A stretch of 57,512 nt of DNA, taken from the IMG/VR virus record IMGVR_UViG_3300037225_000305; one strand, written 5' to 3'. Within the stretch, counting starts at the first letter, position 1. Every line of letters begins with the position of its first letter. A program made the position numbers and the translations under genes. Of the stretch, positions 43,868 through 53,066 are shown one piece after another. This stretch comes from a virus. The notes under the pieces were generated by a model. It was not told the DNA's origin. It did no database searches and was given only the letters and a program-made list of their open reading frames with translations.

Positions 43868-44308
43868 TTACCCCGGCAGCTTCGCTGTCGGGAACGCGGC
43901 ATGGAAGAGCGCCAGCACCATCAAATACGTCAGGTGAGCCTCATCAGGCGGCAGGTTGGTTGTTGCGGCGATGCCGCCGCTCGGGATCACTGGCACGGTA
44001 GACTGCACCAGATCGGCCAACGGGGGCACGAATGGCACCATCGTGTCGTTGCCCTGATCGTCCACCACTTCCATGAGAGGCTTGGTGGGCGCCGGGACGG
44101 TGACGCCCTTAGTAATCTGCGCTTGAGAGTTCGCCAGGTTCAGGTTGTACAGCGTCAGGTTGTGAGCGTTGTTGGTAGCGGCGTTCTGCTGCTTGCCGAG
44201 TATGGCAGCTACTGTAGCATAAGCGTCGCCGTCGAAAATAGAAACCGTGACTGAATTTCCGCTGGCATCCTTGTAGGTCAGCGAGCCGTCTGGATTTGTT
44301 ACGATCAT
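43868..44308 (-). CDS. Hypothetical protein (146 aa)
   Basis: AAGGAG RBS; ATG. Confidence 0.6.
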   Translation of the reverse strand: MIVTNPDGSLTYKDASGNSVTVSIFDGDAYATVAAILGKQQNAATNNAHNLTLYNLNLANSQAQITKGVTVPAPTKPLMEVVDDQGNDTMVPFVPPLADLVQSTVPVIPSGGIAATTNLPPDEAHLTYLMVLALFHAAFPTAKLPG

Positions 44309-44398
44309 TCGTTTTCTCCTTGCCCTTTTTGTCCGCTGGGCGACTGTTTGAAGTATACGCCTACCGCACAGAAACAGAAAGGGCGAGCCCGAAAGCTG

Positions 44399-44662
44399 CT
44401 ATTTGTCGGGAGGGTCAACCGGCGTCGGCGGTACCGAGCTTGCCACATGGGTATCCGTGACCGTCGTAGTGCCGGGTGGCGCGACCTTCTGCGGGTTCAG
44501 GTGCAGCAGGAGAGCGCCAACGAACCCGGAGAGCAACGACACGAAGGTCTGATACGTCTGACCGTCGCTGGGTCGAAGCCACACCACCAGCAGAGTGATC
44601 CCGGCGAAGAACACCGTGAAGAACCCAAGAACCAGGATGGCCTTGTCTTCGCGCCAGTTCAA
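44399..44662 (-). CDS. Two-TM membrane protein, holin-like candidate (87 aa, TTG start)
   Basis: AILVLGFFTVFFAGITLLVVWL and FVSLLSGFVGALLLHL hydrophobic segments. Confidence 0.4.
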   Translation of the reverse strand: MNWREDKAILVLGFFTVFFAGITLLVVWLRPSDGQTYQTFVSLLSGFVGALLLHLNPQKVAPPGTTTVTDTHVASSVPPTPVDPPDK

Positions 44663-44666
44663 GGCA

Positions 44667-44858
44667 TCACCTATGGAACAGTGGCGTGTGCATCGTGCCG
44701 GCCTGCCCCAGCACGAGGTACAGCAGCACGATCAGACAAACCGCGCCCCACACCCACTTTACGGGAACCGGGAACCCGGCCCGGTCGCAAATCCAGAAGC
44801 CGCCCCATACCACGAAGCACACGACCACCAGCACAACCAACAGCGTGAGGAGGTCCAT
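44667..44858 (-). CDS. Two-TM membrane protein, holin-like candidate (63 aa)
   Basis: LLTLLVVLVVVCFVVWGGFWI and VWGAVCLIVLLYLVL. Confidence 0.45.
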   Translation of the reverse strand: MDLLTLLVVLVVVCFVVWGGFWICDRAGFPVPVKWVWGAVCLIVLLYLVLGQAGTMHTPLFHR

Positions 44859-44860
44859 GA

Positions 44861-45169
44861 CTAACCCCGCACCGATGTGCCGCTCGGGAACGAACCGTGC
44901 TTGCCCGCGATGTTCTGCGTGTCTTCCGTGATTTGGAATTTCACCGGAGCGCCGGCAGTCGTCGCGCCGGGTTCCTTGTACGGAGCCGACTGCATCGGGC
45001 TGGAAAGCTGTCCCGCCGCCGCGCCCTTCAGTGCCTCCATCCCGTCCTTGTCGCCGGGTTGATTGCCGCCCGCTGCCGGGTTCGGGGCCACGGCGGGACG
45101 AGACCCCATCGGGCTATCCAGCCCGTTTCCAATCGACGTTCCCTTGAATTCTGAAAACTGATTTGCCAT
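44861..45169 (-). CDS. Hypothetical Gly/Pro/Ala-rich protein (102 aa)
   Basis: AGGAGG RBS; ATG. Confidence 0.55.
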   Translation of the reverse strand: MANQFSEFKGTSIGNGLDSPMGSRPAVAPNPAAGGNQPGDKDGMEALKGAAAGQLSSPMQSAPYKEPGATTAGAPVKFQITEDTQNIAGKHGSFPSGTSVRG

Positions 45170-45210
45170 ATGGCCTCCTGTTTGAGTCTACACCTAGCTA
45201 TGCCGCAAGG

Positions 45211-45834
45211 CTACCCAGTGAGTCCTTCCCGTTCGTCCGCGTGCCCTTTTGCTTCCGACAATCTGGCAATCTGGGTAGTCATTCCGTTTGTGTGATCGTT
45301 CAAAACCTTCATTTCACGGCCCCGTCGCCTTTCTCTCCAGTATGCCAGCAGGGCATTTAGGCCGAGAAGAAGAACCGCTACCAACACTCCGCTCCCGATT
45401 CCTCGAAACCATCCCATCATCGCCTCCCGGTCGGCCTTGCGTTCGGCTTCGCGCGCTGCCTTCTCGTCTTTAATCGCCTGCATGTCTTGTTTCAATCGCG
45501 CGATATCGGCAGCCTCGACTTCCGGCTGGAGCGCGTCGATCTCCGTACGGTGGAGGTCGAGGCGGTGGCTGAGGTCCACCCGCAGGTCGTCCACAGCTTG
45601 CCGTGTTGCTGCTTCCTGCACTTCAAGCCTCTCAACTTTGTCGATTAGCTTGTTGTGCTGATCTATCATCACTTCAGCGATTGGCTTGCCAGATATCTGC
45701 GCGTAAGTGCGCGGGTCCAGAGCCTCTTTCGGTCGCGCCCCTGGAGCCTGCGCCAGATTCAATAGAGGCAACAGGAGAACAAATAGTAAAGGCAGGCAGG
45801 CCACCACAACTGTTTTTCTGTCCCTGGGATTCAT
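45211..45834 (-). CDS. Envelope-spanning-type protein: N-terminal signal/anchor, coiled coil, C-terminal TM (207 aa)
   Basis: VVVACLPLLFVLLLPLLNLAQA; central heptads; GIGSGVLVAVLLLGLNALLAYW. Confidence 0.5.
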   Translation of the reverse strand: MNPRDRKTVVVACLPLLFVLLLPLLNLAQAPGARPKEALDPRTYAQISGKPIAEVMIDQHNKLIDKVERLEVQEAATRQAVDDLRVDLSHRLDLHRTEIDALQPEVEAADIARLKQDMQAIKDEKAAREAERKADREAMMGWFRGIGSGVLVAVLLLGLNALLAYWRERRRGREMKVLNDHTNGMTTQIARLSEAKGHADEREGLTG

Positions 45835-45838
45835 ATGT

Positions 45839-46822
45839 TTAGTCGATCAGAAAGATTTCGTGGGATTGCAGATAGTTGGAATCCAGGGGTCCGCTGTATG
45901 TCGGTCCGGTCTCTTCGTTGCTGATGCGAGAGTCCATGAAACTGTTGTCGTCCAACTGCGCCCGGTTGAGCAAGTCCCGGTACTCCGCATCCACCCGCGT
46001 CAGCGCGTTCAGGTGGTACGCCTTCGTCTTGATATCCACGTCGGGTTGGTTGGCGACAAGCTCGTGGCCGTAGTGCCTAGCCCGAGCCATAATGAGTTGG
46101 TCGGGAATCTGCGGCGGCAGAACGTCGGTCGGCTTCACCGCATCACCCTTCGTCATGTACTCCCACAAGTAGCCGATTTGCTGCACCGGACCCGGCCACG
46201 CTTCGAACCTCGGGCGCTGTTGCGTGTCCCCCGGCATCAGCACGTAGTCGTGCGCCGCCATCCAAATCGGAATCGAGAAGTTCTGCCGGTTCGGGTCCAC
46301 CCGATCTACTTCCTTCTGCGTGCGGAAGAGATTGCGGTACCGGAAGCGGTACATATTCACGGGGTCCACCATCGAAAGCGACCGCTTGAAGTCCACGGAA
46401 GGAGTCGGAATGTACGGCTGGTAGATCATGTACGAACTGGCGGCGGAACCCTTCTCGGCATACGGGCGGTCAAGAGTGATGGTGGAGACCCCATCGTACG
46501 CGATGATGTTGTAGATGGGACCGCCTGTGACGCGGAACTGACGGAGAGTAAGGGGAAGTGCAGGAGGCGCGGGAAAGGCGACCGCCAGCCAGAGAGGGGA
46601 CGCTGTAGCGTCAGCCACAACGGTATTCGTGAACTGCGTAGTTTGAACCGTGCCGCTGGTGATGATGGAAGGCGCGAACCACGATCCGTTGGCCTTCAGG
46701 AAAGACCACTCGCGGGAGTCGCGGATGTCCTTATAGGCCCGCTGGACCAGGGGCAATGTGGCCAGCGGGTCTATTTGGGAGAACCAGGACTTCATTTCTG
46801 CCGCGAATTGTGCCAGTTGCAT
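45839..46822 (-). CDS. Hypothetical virion protein (327 aa)
   Basis: AGGAGA RBS; ATG; late operon. Confidence 0.65.
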   Translation of the reverse strand: MQLAQFAAEMKSWFSQIDPLATLPLVQRAYKDIRDSREWSFLKANGSWFAPSIITSGTVQTTQFTNTVVADATASPLWLAVAFPAPPALPLTLRQFRVTGGPIYNIIAYDGVSTITLDRPYAEKGSAASSYMIYQPYIPTPSVDFKRSLSMVDPVNMYRFRYRNLFRTQKEVDRVDPNRQNFSIPIWMAAHDYVLMPGDTQQRPRFEAWPGPVQQIGYLWEYMTKGDAVKPTDVLPPQIPDQLIMARARHYGHELVANQPDVDIKTKAYHLNALTRVDAEYRDLLNRAQLDDNSFMDSRISNEETGPTYSGPLDSNYLQSHEIFLID

Positions 46823-46834
46823 TTTGTGAATCTC

Positions 46835-49800
46835 CTATTGCATGTACCCCGTCATCATTCCCGTCGCGCGGCTGAACACTCCCGCCGCCCCAATCGTTAT
46901 CGAAAAGCCGGTCGGCCCTGCGCTCCCCGCACCATTCGTCGCCGTCACGTTGATGGTGCTCGTGCCTGCTGTCGTCGGCGTGCCCGAGAGCAGTCCCCCG
47001 CTCGTGAACGTCAACCCGCCCGGCACCGCGTCGTACGTCCAGGTGATCGGCGTGTCTCCCATCGCCTGGAACTGTGCCGAGTAGGGGATTCCTACCGTGC
47101 CTGATGTCAACGGGCTGGTTGTGGTGATCGTCGGGGGAGTGCCTGACAATCCACGGGGCAGGATGTCCCACTTCGGGTTGCTACTCCCACCCGTGTTGGG
47201 CACGTTGGCGTTGAGCCACGTCATCATGTTGCCCCCCGTGTAGGAACCATCCGAGTAAGCGTAAGCCCAACTCGCCATCCCCTTGAATATGTTGGCGTAG
47301 TCAGCCGGACCTGGAGTGTGAGCGACCAGCCCGCTGTTGTTCCAAATGAAGTAGTTCCTGGTATTCAACGGCGCGTAGTGAAGAACGCCGGCCGTGGTAC
47401 CCCAGCCCGTAAGCGGCACGCCAGCCTGATGCTCCGCAAGGGTGTCGGAGTCGATCATGTACGGGTTGGAGTTAGGGTTCAGAACCAGATTGATCCATGC
47501 TTTAGCCGAATAAGAAAGTAGTGACTCGAACGAGAATCCTTGATCTTTGCCGTGGCCCCACGCTGCGTATAGGAAGCCCATCATCCACAGCTTTCCGCAT
47601 GTCGTGGTGCCGTCGTAGTTTACCGTCCAGGGCGCAGCGCATTGATCCGCGGTTCCCCCGGTAGGCCACCCGAGCGGAGAGACATGTGGCGCGGCCTGCT
47701 CGGGTTCAGTCGCAGTTGTCTGGTTTCCCCAACACCATTTATCTGTCGTAGTGCTGGCGTTGTACCCAGCGCAAGTCGGGTCTGACGGCGGGTATGCCCC
47801 GGTCGTGATGTTGTACCGGCCCTCGGAAATCTGGATGAAGTTGTTCACAATGCCGGTGAAGTAGGATTTTTCCGCTGTCCCGTCTGGAGTAGAAATCGCC
47901 GCCTGAATTGCGGATCGCAAGGTCCAAGCATTTCCCCGCGCCTGTAGTCCTACAGCGCCCAGGTATCCCCAGGCACCGGCCCTTCCGTTGATAGAGCGAT
48001 CCGGGTTGATCGGGATTTGGTTATAGGAGTTCCATGCTAGCATCTCCTGAAGCGGGTACCAGTCGCCCGTCATCAGGTACTCGAAATATCCGTAAGACGG
48101 CTGATGGGCAGCGTCATAGACCCACCCGTGCGATGTACTCCGAGGCGCGGCATAGGTAACGTCGTCGGAACCCGTTGTGACGTTGAACCTCATGGTAGGG
48201 CGCGCAATGACGGACACCGGATGCCCGAAGGCATTAATCGTGTTTGTCGGCGCATCGAACCATCTGCCAGTCGCGCTCTCCCACAGATGGATCGGCACGA
48301 GGCCACTACAATTTAGCGTCTGCGTTACCGGCCCATTGAATGAGGTATTGTCTACGGACGGGTTGGACATTCCGTACAACCACCGTACTTGCCATGCGGG
48401 GATAATTCCGATAGGATCGGTGGTAGTCTGCCCGGTGGTACCCATGTCCTTCGGAAATCCTCCCGTCACGGTCTGCGTGACCACTTGGCTAGTCGCCGGG
48501 TCACACTGGTCCGTGACAACCCCACCAAACATGTTTCCAGTCCAGGTGCTTGCGTCGGCTGCAATGGAGGCCGCCGTTACCGTCCCCGTCGTATCGTAGT
48601 TTGGAATCAGCCCAGTGCTCTCCAGGTACGCAAAGCCGTGATCGAATTTTACGTCACCCAAAGCTGTGCCGCTCCAGTAAGTCTTACGCCACCGCGTCAT
48701 CGCATAGTGGGGAAACGCCGCATGGGAATATTTGGTGGTCCCATTTCCGCTGTCTCCGAAGATCGTGATGGCGTATCGTTGGTCTTGCAGAGCTGTAGTC
48801 CAATCGTCCGTGAGGACGTAATCGACCTTCACTCCGCCCGTATATCCGGCGAAGAACGTCAAAACAAAGACCGGATGCAGGCTCTTGAGCGTAGTGTCAC
48901 TTGCCCATGTAGCCGTACCGTTCGGGAACCCGCCGATTTCCAATGGACAGAATGGAAGGTTCGCACTCCCTTGAGTACTTGGGACAATCGCCGCTCCCCC
49001 ATTCGAGACAGACAACTGGAACGTGTTGGCAGCCGGATTCACAACGTAATAAGTCTGACTGTTTGTAAAACCTGAAGGGGGGCTGCAATAAGTATTGTTG
49101 ACCCTAAGGGTGACGAGTGCACCGGCTTGCAGTGTGTGCCCGTTGGACGTGATTGTTCCATCTGTGGTGTTCACAGCAGTAGATGCCAGATTCACCGTAC
49201 AGTTTCCCGAGCAGGTGTATCCAAAATCATTGGACCGTGCGGATGTCCGGTCCTCCAGGATGACTTGTGTGACAACAGGACCCTGTAGCCAATAGCGCAC
49301 ACCAAGCGAGTTTGGGTCGGTGCTGATCGACGATGCCGCGTTCAAAATGGTACGGGCGTCTGCCGTCTTCGTGACGCTGGACGCAACCGTCTGGATCTCC
49401 GCATCCCAGGAACGCGCAAGAAGATCGGTCTTGGACAAGTAGCCGGTGTTGTTCCCAGTGCTCTGATTCTGAAAAGTGACCGTGATGCTACCGCTTGCCA
49501 CAATCGTGGAAACAAAACTGACCATCGCCTGCTTCACACTGTTATCAGGCCACCGGGTTTTCACGTCGCACTGCGTAGGCACAGGCACGCCATTGACCAC
49601 GGCCTGGGCATACTGGGCGATGTCGCCCTGCTTGAAGGTCCGAAAGATCATATTGGGCCGGTTTGTCTGCGTGGAGCCGGACACGTCCGTGAGCACGGCT
49701 GGCGCGAGAGGGGTGCCCGTCGCGTCACCGGGGATTGTGGCTAAGTTGGTCGGCTCCGCTGGCTCCCAGGTGAATCCTACAGGCTCGTTGAATGTGATGA

Positions 49801-51010
49801 GCCAGTTGGAAAGCGTGTCTCCATTCCAGCCTACCGTCACGTCGGAATCTCGGATGTTGCCGCGTGGTCCGCCAGTTGGGCCGACCTTGGTAATGTCGGC
49901 GCCATAATAAGCGTACTGAAGTTGGCATTGATTCGGAGAGCACATTGGCGTAGACGCCAGCGTGATAGTCAATGTGTCGGCAGAGGCCACTGTGACGTTG
50001 GTTACGGTAACCTTTGTCCCGGTCGTATCGGTGAAGTGGAATCCCCACGGGGAGCAACCCGCTCCACTTGGACAGTTCACGTCGCCGGATGGATTGGTAA
50101 CGTTCGTAGTGTCGATGACCACCGGACCTACCGGGAGCCACAACCGCAGAGTCACCGCTGCTCCGGTGAGAGTAATGGCGCGTGGCGAGGTTGGCTTCCA
50201 CCCTTTATGTTGCCGCGCAATCCAATCCAACGCACGTCCCTGGTATTCTCCCAAGTTCTTGCTGCCACCCGCCGATAGGTGGCAGGGATTGTTTGGCGAG
50301 TAGTCCATGGTGTACTTTGGGGTGCTGAGAAAGATCGTCCCATCCGCGTAGTGATCCATCGCGGCGTGCCATTGGCCAATTTGCGTAGAATCCCCGCTGC
50401 CGGTGTTTTTGCAGGTTGTCCAGGCGTTCATTTGATCGACTACTATCGGGATTAAGCCAGTCTGCCCGATGGCTGCGTTGATGTCAGTTTGCAGCGTGGA
50501 TTGCCATTGCACGAGATCGGCTTCGTAAGTCGCCGGTGCCATCGGCCAATCTGACTCGCCGTGGGTGATGACGACGGACGGAACCCAGTACGTTCCAGGG
50601 ATCGCCAGCACTTGGGTCTTGCCGTTTGTCACGCCCGTGATAAGGTTGTTGTATGGTGTGGTGCCCTGTTTGATCGTGGAATAGATCGCCCCGTCTACGC
50701 CGTACTTGTTCACCATGAACCTGCGCCCGCCGAGAGCGCTTGCCTGGTTACCGAGCGAAGTGGCCGGAGCTTCTCCGTCCTGGCCATTACCTGTAGTCGC
50801 GGGCTCCTGAAGGTTCGTCAGGCTCCCAGTAGGCGGAAACCCCGTCATCATGTAGTTGCCGTTGGTGGAAACGGAGCACGCCGGATATCCAGTCTCCCCG
50901 CAACGAGAGTAGTCACCCCGGCTCAAGCTCTGCCCGGTGGTTGGTATGTGATAGACGGTCTGGCCGATGCCCGCCAACGTGATAACAAAGAATACCACCA
51001 GGAATCTCAC
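46835..51010 (-). CDS. Giant polysaccharide-active protein: signal-peptide-like N-terminus, SASA/SGNH-like esterase, lyase-like middle, Ig-like C-terminal repeats (1391 aa, GTG start)
   Basis: MRFLVVFFVITLAGIG; GQSLSRG ... ITHGESDW ... NPCHLSAGG (GQS / GESD / H blocks); YLMTGDWY; C-terminal PLTSGTVGIPYSAQF...ITWTY...GGLTFTSGGLLSGTPT (putative Ig pattern). Confidence 0.55.
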   Translation of the reverse strand: MRFLVVFFVITLAGIGQTVYHIPTTGQSLSRGDYSRCGETGYPACSVSTNGNYMMTGFPPTGSLTNLQEPATTGNGQDGEAPATSLGNQASALGGRRFMVNKYGVDGAIYSTIKQGTTPYNNLITGVTNGKTQVLAIPGTYWVPSVVITHGESDWPMAPATYEADLVQWQSTLQTDINAAIGQTGLIPIVVDQMNAWTTCKNTGSGDSTQIGQWHAAMDHYADGTIFLSTPKYTMDYSPNNPCHLSAGGSKNLGEYQGRALDWIARQHKGWKPTSPRAITLTGAAVTLRLWLPVGPVVIDTTNVTNPSGDVNCPSGAGCSPWGFHFTDTTGTKVTVTNVTVASADTLTITLASTPMCSPNQCQLQYAYYGADITKVGPTGGPRGNIRDSDVTVGWNGDTLSNWLITFNEPVGFTWEPAEPTNLATIPGDATGTPLAPAVLTDVSGSTQTNRPNMIFRTFKQGDIAQYAQAVVNGVPVPTQCDVKTRWPDNSVKQAMVSFVSTIVASGSITVTFQNQSTGNNTGYLSKTDLLARSWDAEIQTVASSVTKTADARTILNAASSISTDPNSLGVRYWLQGPVVTQVILEDRTSARSNDFGYTCSGNCTVNLASTAVNTTDGTITSNGHTLQAGALVTLRVNNTYCSPPSGFTNSQTYYVVNPAANTFQLSVSNGGAAIVPSTQGSANLPFCPLEIGGFPNGTATWASDTTLKSLHPVFVLTFFAGYTGGVKVDYVLTDDWTTALQDQRYAITIFGDSGNGTTKYSHAAFPHYAMTRWRKTYWSGTALGDVKFDHGFAYLESTGLIPNYDTTGTVTAASIAADASTWTGNMFGGVVTDQCDPATSQVVTQTVTGGFPKDMGTTGQTTTDPIGIIPAWQVRWLYGMSNPSVDNTSFNGPVTQTLNCSGLVPIHLWESATGRWFDAPTNTINAFGHPVSVIARPTMRFNVTTGSDDVTYAAPRSTSHGWVYDAAHQPSYGYFEYLMTGDWYPLQEMLAWNSYNQIPINPDRSINGRAGAWGYLGAVGLQARGNAWTLRSAIQAAISTPDGTAEKSYFTGIVNNFIQISEGRYNITTGAYPPSDPTCAGYNASTTTDKWCWGNQTTATEPEQAAPHVSPLGWPTGGTADQCAAPWTVNYDGTTTCGKLWMMGFLYAAWGHGKDQGFSFESLLSYSAKAWINLVLNPNSNPYMIDSDTLAEHQAGVPLTGWGTTAGVLHYAPLNTRNYFIWNNSGLVAHTPGPADYANIFKGMASWAYAYSDGSYTGGNMMTWLNANVPNTGGSSNPKWDILPRGLSGTPPTITTTSPLTSGTVGIPYSAQFQAMGDTPITWTYDAVPGGLTFTSGGLLSGTPTTAGTSTINVTATNGAGSAGPTGFSITIGAAGVFSRATGMMTGYMQ

Positions 51011-52065
51011 AGGCTACTTCCATACCATCTGACCCGCCGTATATTGGCAGGCGGCGTGTAGGTCAATTCCCACGCTCCAATGGTCGGAGCGGCTTGCCTC
51101 GTGTATCCGCCGATGTCCTTAGGCCCGTTGGTCGCGTCCAGAAACCCGTTCGCCGCCAAGTTGGTAGATGTGATCCCGATGAGATTCATACTGGCGGTCG
51201 CCGCGCTGGTAAACGGAGTCGCCGTGCTCCAGGTCACGTTGTATTGCTGATTGGTCCCGGGCAACCCCACAGCCAGGTTGGTGGCGTTGTATTTGCTCGC
51301 AGTGGCATCCCAACTTCCGCTCGTCGCCGTAGAGAAACCGAAGATCGCCGTCGATTGCAGGATTGCCGATGACCCGGAAGACATCGTGATCCCTTCGGCA
51401 GAGGCACCCACATCGGCTGGTTTGACGATGCTGCACCCCAGCACCAGAGGCGTTCCGCTGATAAGGTAGAATCCCTTCCCCGTGCCATGCTGGATGGCGG
51501 CTATGTTGATGAACTTCGCGCCCGTCGCATTATTCGCCTGAATCACACTCTCTGACCCGGCTGTCGTCACTTCAAGGATGAGGTCCTTTAGGGTGTTGTT
51601 GCTGTACGTGATTAGTGCTTCTGACGACCCAGTGCCCGTCGTCTTGATCTGCAACCGGCTGATGGTGAGGTAGGCGGCAACCGTTTTGATCCCGAACGTG
51701 CCGGTTACGGCTGTCCGTATTCCTACGCCTTTGGTCTGGTCGTAGACCAGAGGATTAGTGCGGACTCCGGCGTTATCCTGAAACGACTGACCCGCCGCCG
51801 CCGTTATAGTGATGGTGTGGGTCGAATCGGTGGTGTGCGCGGAGAAGACCGGCACGGCGGCAAACTCAGAATCGTTGTAAAGCAAACAGACGTAGCTGTT
51901 CCCATCGGTCACAAGATTAGCCGGAATTGCTACTTCACAGGAATGAACGTCAGTATAGTTTCGGCTCGACGTGCCGACCGTAGCCGTGCAGGGCGTTCCG
52001 GTAAAGAGACCCGCACAAGCTCCCCAGGAAGACGCCGACAAGAGGAATAAGAGAGGCAGTCTCAT
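51007..52065 (-). CDS. Beta-helix-like protein with signal-peptide-like N-terminus (352 aa)
   Basis: MRLPLLFLLSASSWGACAG; repetitive short beta-strand pattern (ITITAAAG.., LTISRLQIKT.., LILEVTT..); ATGA/GTGA coupled on both sides. Confidence 0.45.
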   Translation of the reverse strand: MRLPLLFLLSASSWGACAGLFTGTPCTATVGTSSRNYTDVHSCEVAIPANLVTDGNSYVCLLYNDSEFAAVPVFSAHTTDSTHTITITAAAGQSFQDNAGVRTNPLVYDQTKGVGIRTAVTGTFGIKTVAAYLTISRLQIKTTGTGSSEALITYSNNTLKDLILEVTTAGSESVIQANNATGAKFINIAAIQHGTGKGFYLISGTPLVLGCSIVKPADVGASAEGITMSSGSSAILQSTAIFGFSTATSGSWDATASKYNATNLAVGLPGTNQQYNVTWSTATPFTSAATASMNLIGITSTNLAANGFLDATNGPKDIGGYTRQAAPTIGAWELTYTPPANIRRVRWYGSSL

Positions 52066-53066
52066 CGTATCACCTTCCAGTTCAGGCTCACCGCACCAGG
52101 AGTGATACCCGTGCCGGTTCCATTACATACTGTAAAATTCACAGCCCCAGCGCTGGCGAACGGGTAGATTATCAGGCCGTCTGTGCCCGCCTTCCCATAG
52201 CCGGTGACCCCACTGATATCGGCATTAGGGGTCCAGGTAATCGTATCGGTGGATGCGACGGTTGTCAGGCTTCCAGTGGAGGCGGTTGGCTGCACTGCAG
52301 CGGCGCAGGCGTTCGCACCGATCAGCGTTGTGCCAAGTGTGGCCGTGCCCACGGCGATTGTCCGCGTGATACTAGAAGGGATATCCGCGTTGGCAATCGC
52401 GCGAGGTAGCAGCACGCTGGGATTCGCGCCATCCGAGTACACAAAACCTGCCGTTGGGGCAGACCACAGAGTATTAAAAAATGCAGTAGGCACGCTCGTA
52501 GGCGCCTGAATTCCCGTAGTGTTTGCTGGTGGCGTATTTGCAGTCCCTTGCACCATCGCGTGCATTCCTGCGGCTCCGCCAACAGGGGGACAGTTTTGTA
52601 TGTGGGTGGTCGGGTCTATCGTGCACCCACTGTCCGCAAGCACTCCGCCACTACCCGCCACCTGAATGGCATTGGGACTACCAGCAGCAGAAGCGCCTCC
52701 ACCCGTTGCCGCCCACACTCCCGCTGACACGTAGCGGCACAATTGCACCTGCCCGATGGTCTGGGATGTGCAGTTCGCGGAGTCGGTAACCACGGCCAAG
52801 GCGGTAACGGGAGGAGTGAGAGCATTCAACTGCGCCAGGGTGTACGGACCAAGCACCGTAGTGCTCACCAATAGGTTCCGTCCGACCACATTGACATTAA
52901 CCCCGTCGTCGCTGATTGCTGAATCGCCAACTGAGGTCGAACTGGTGGCTTTGGGAATCTTGTTGGTGGTCAGACCGGATATCCCGCCACCTCCCCCGCT
53001 TGGCGGCGGCGTTATCTGTGCTGAACACGCGGTGGCGATAAACGCAAACAACGCTACTATCCTCAT
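52062..53066 (-). CDS. Fibre-like protein with signal-peptide-like N-terminus (334 aa)
   Basis: MRIVALFAFIATACSAQITPPPSGGGGG; Gly/Thr/Ala/Ser-rich body; ATGA coupled. Confidence 0.5.
   Translation of the reverse strand: MRIVALFAFIATACSAQITPPPSGGGGGISGLTTNKIPKATSSTSVGDSAISDDGVNVNVVGRNLLVSTTVLGPYTLAQLNALTPPVTALAVVTDSANCTSQTIGQVQLCRYVSAGVWAATGGGASAAGSPNAIQVAGSGGVLADSGCTIDPTTHIQNCPPVGGAAGMHAMVQGTANTPPANTTGIQAPTSVPTAFFNTLWSAPTAGFVYSDGANPSVLLPRAIANADIPSSITRTIAVGTATLGTTLIGANACAAAVQPTASTGSLTTVASTDTITWTPNADISGVTGYGKAGTDGLIIYPFASAGAVNFTVCNGTGTGITPGAVSLNWKVIR

Noticed and set aside
45707-47104. 465-aa plus-strand ORF, and similar long ORFs at 54592..55656 (+), 41517..42518 (+), 42582..43652 (+), 39543..40448 (+), 38923..40197 (-), 222..1388 (-), 23068..24045 (-), 29862..30791 (-), 15993..16643 (-), 18552..19019 (-)
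   Set aside because: They lie antisense or out of frame to longer ORFs that have RBSs and operon coupling, and their translations are Arg/Pro/Gly/His-rich. This is typical shadow-ORF behaviour in GC-rich DNA.
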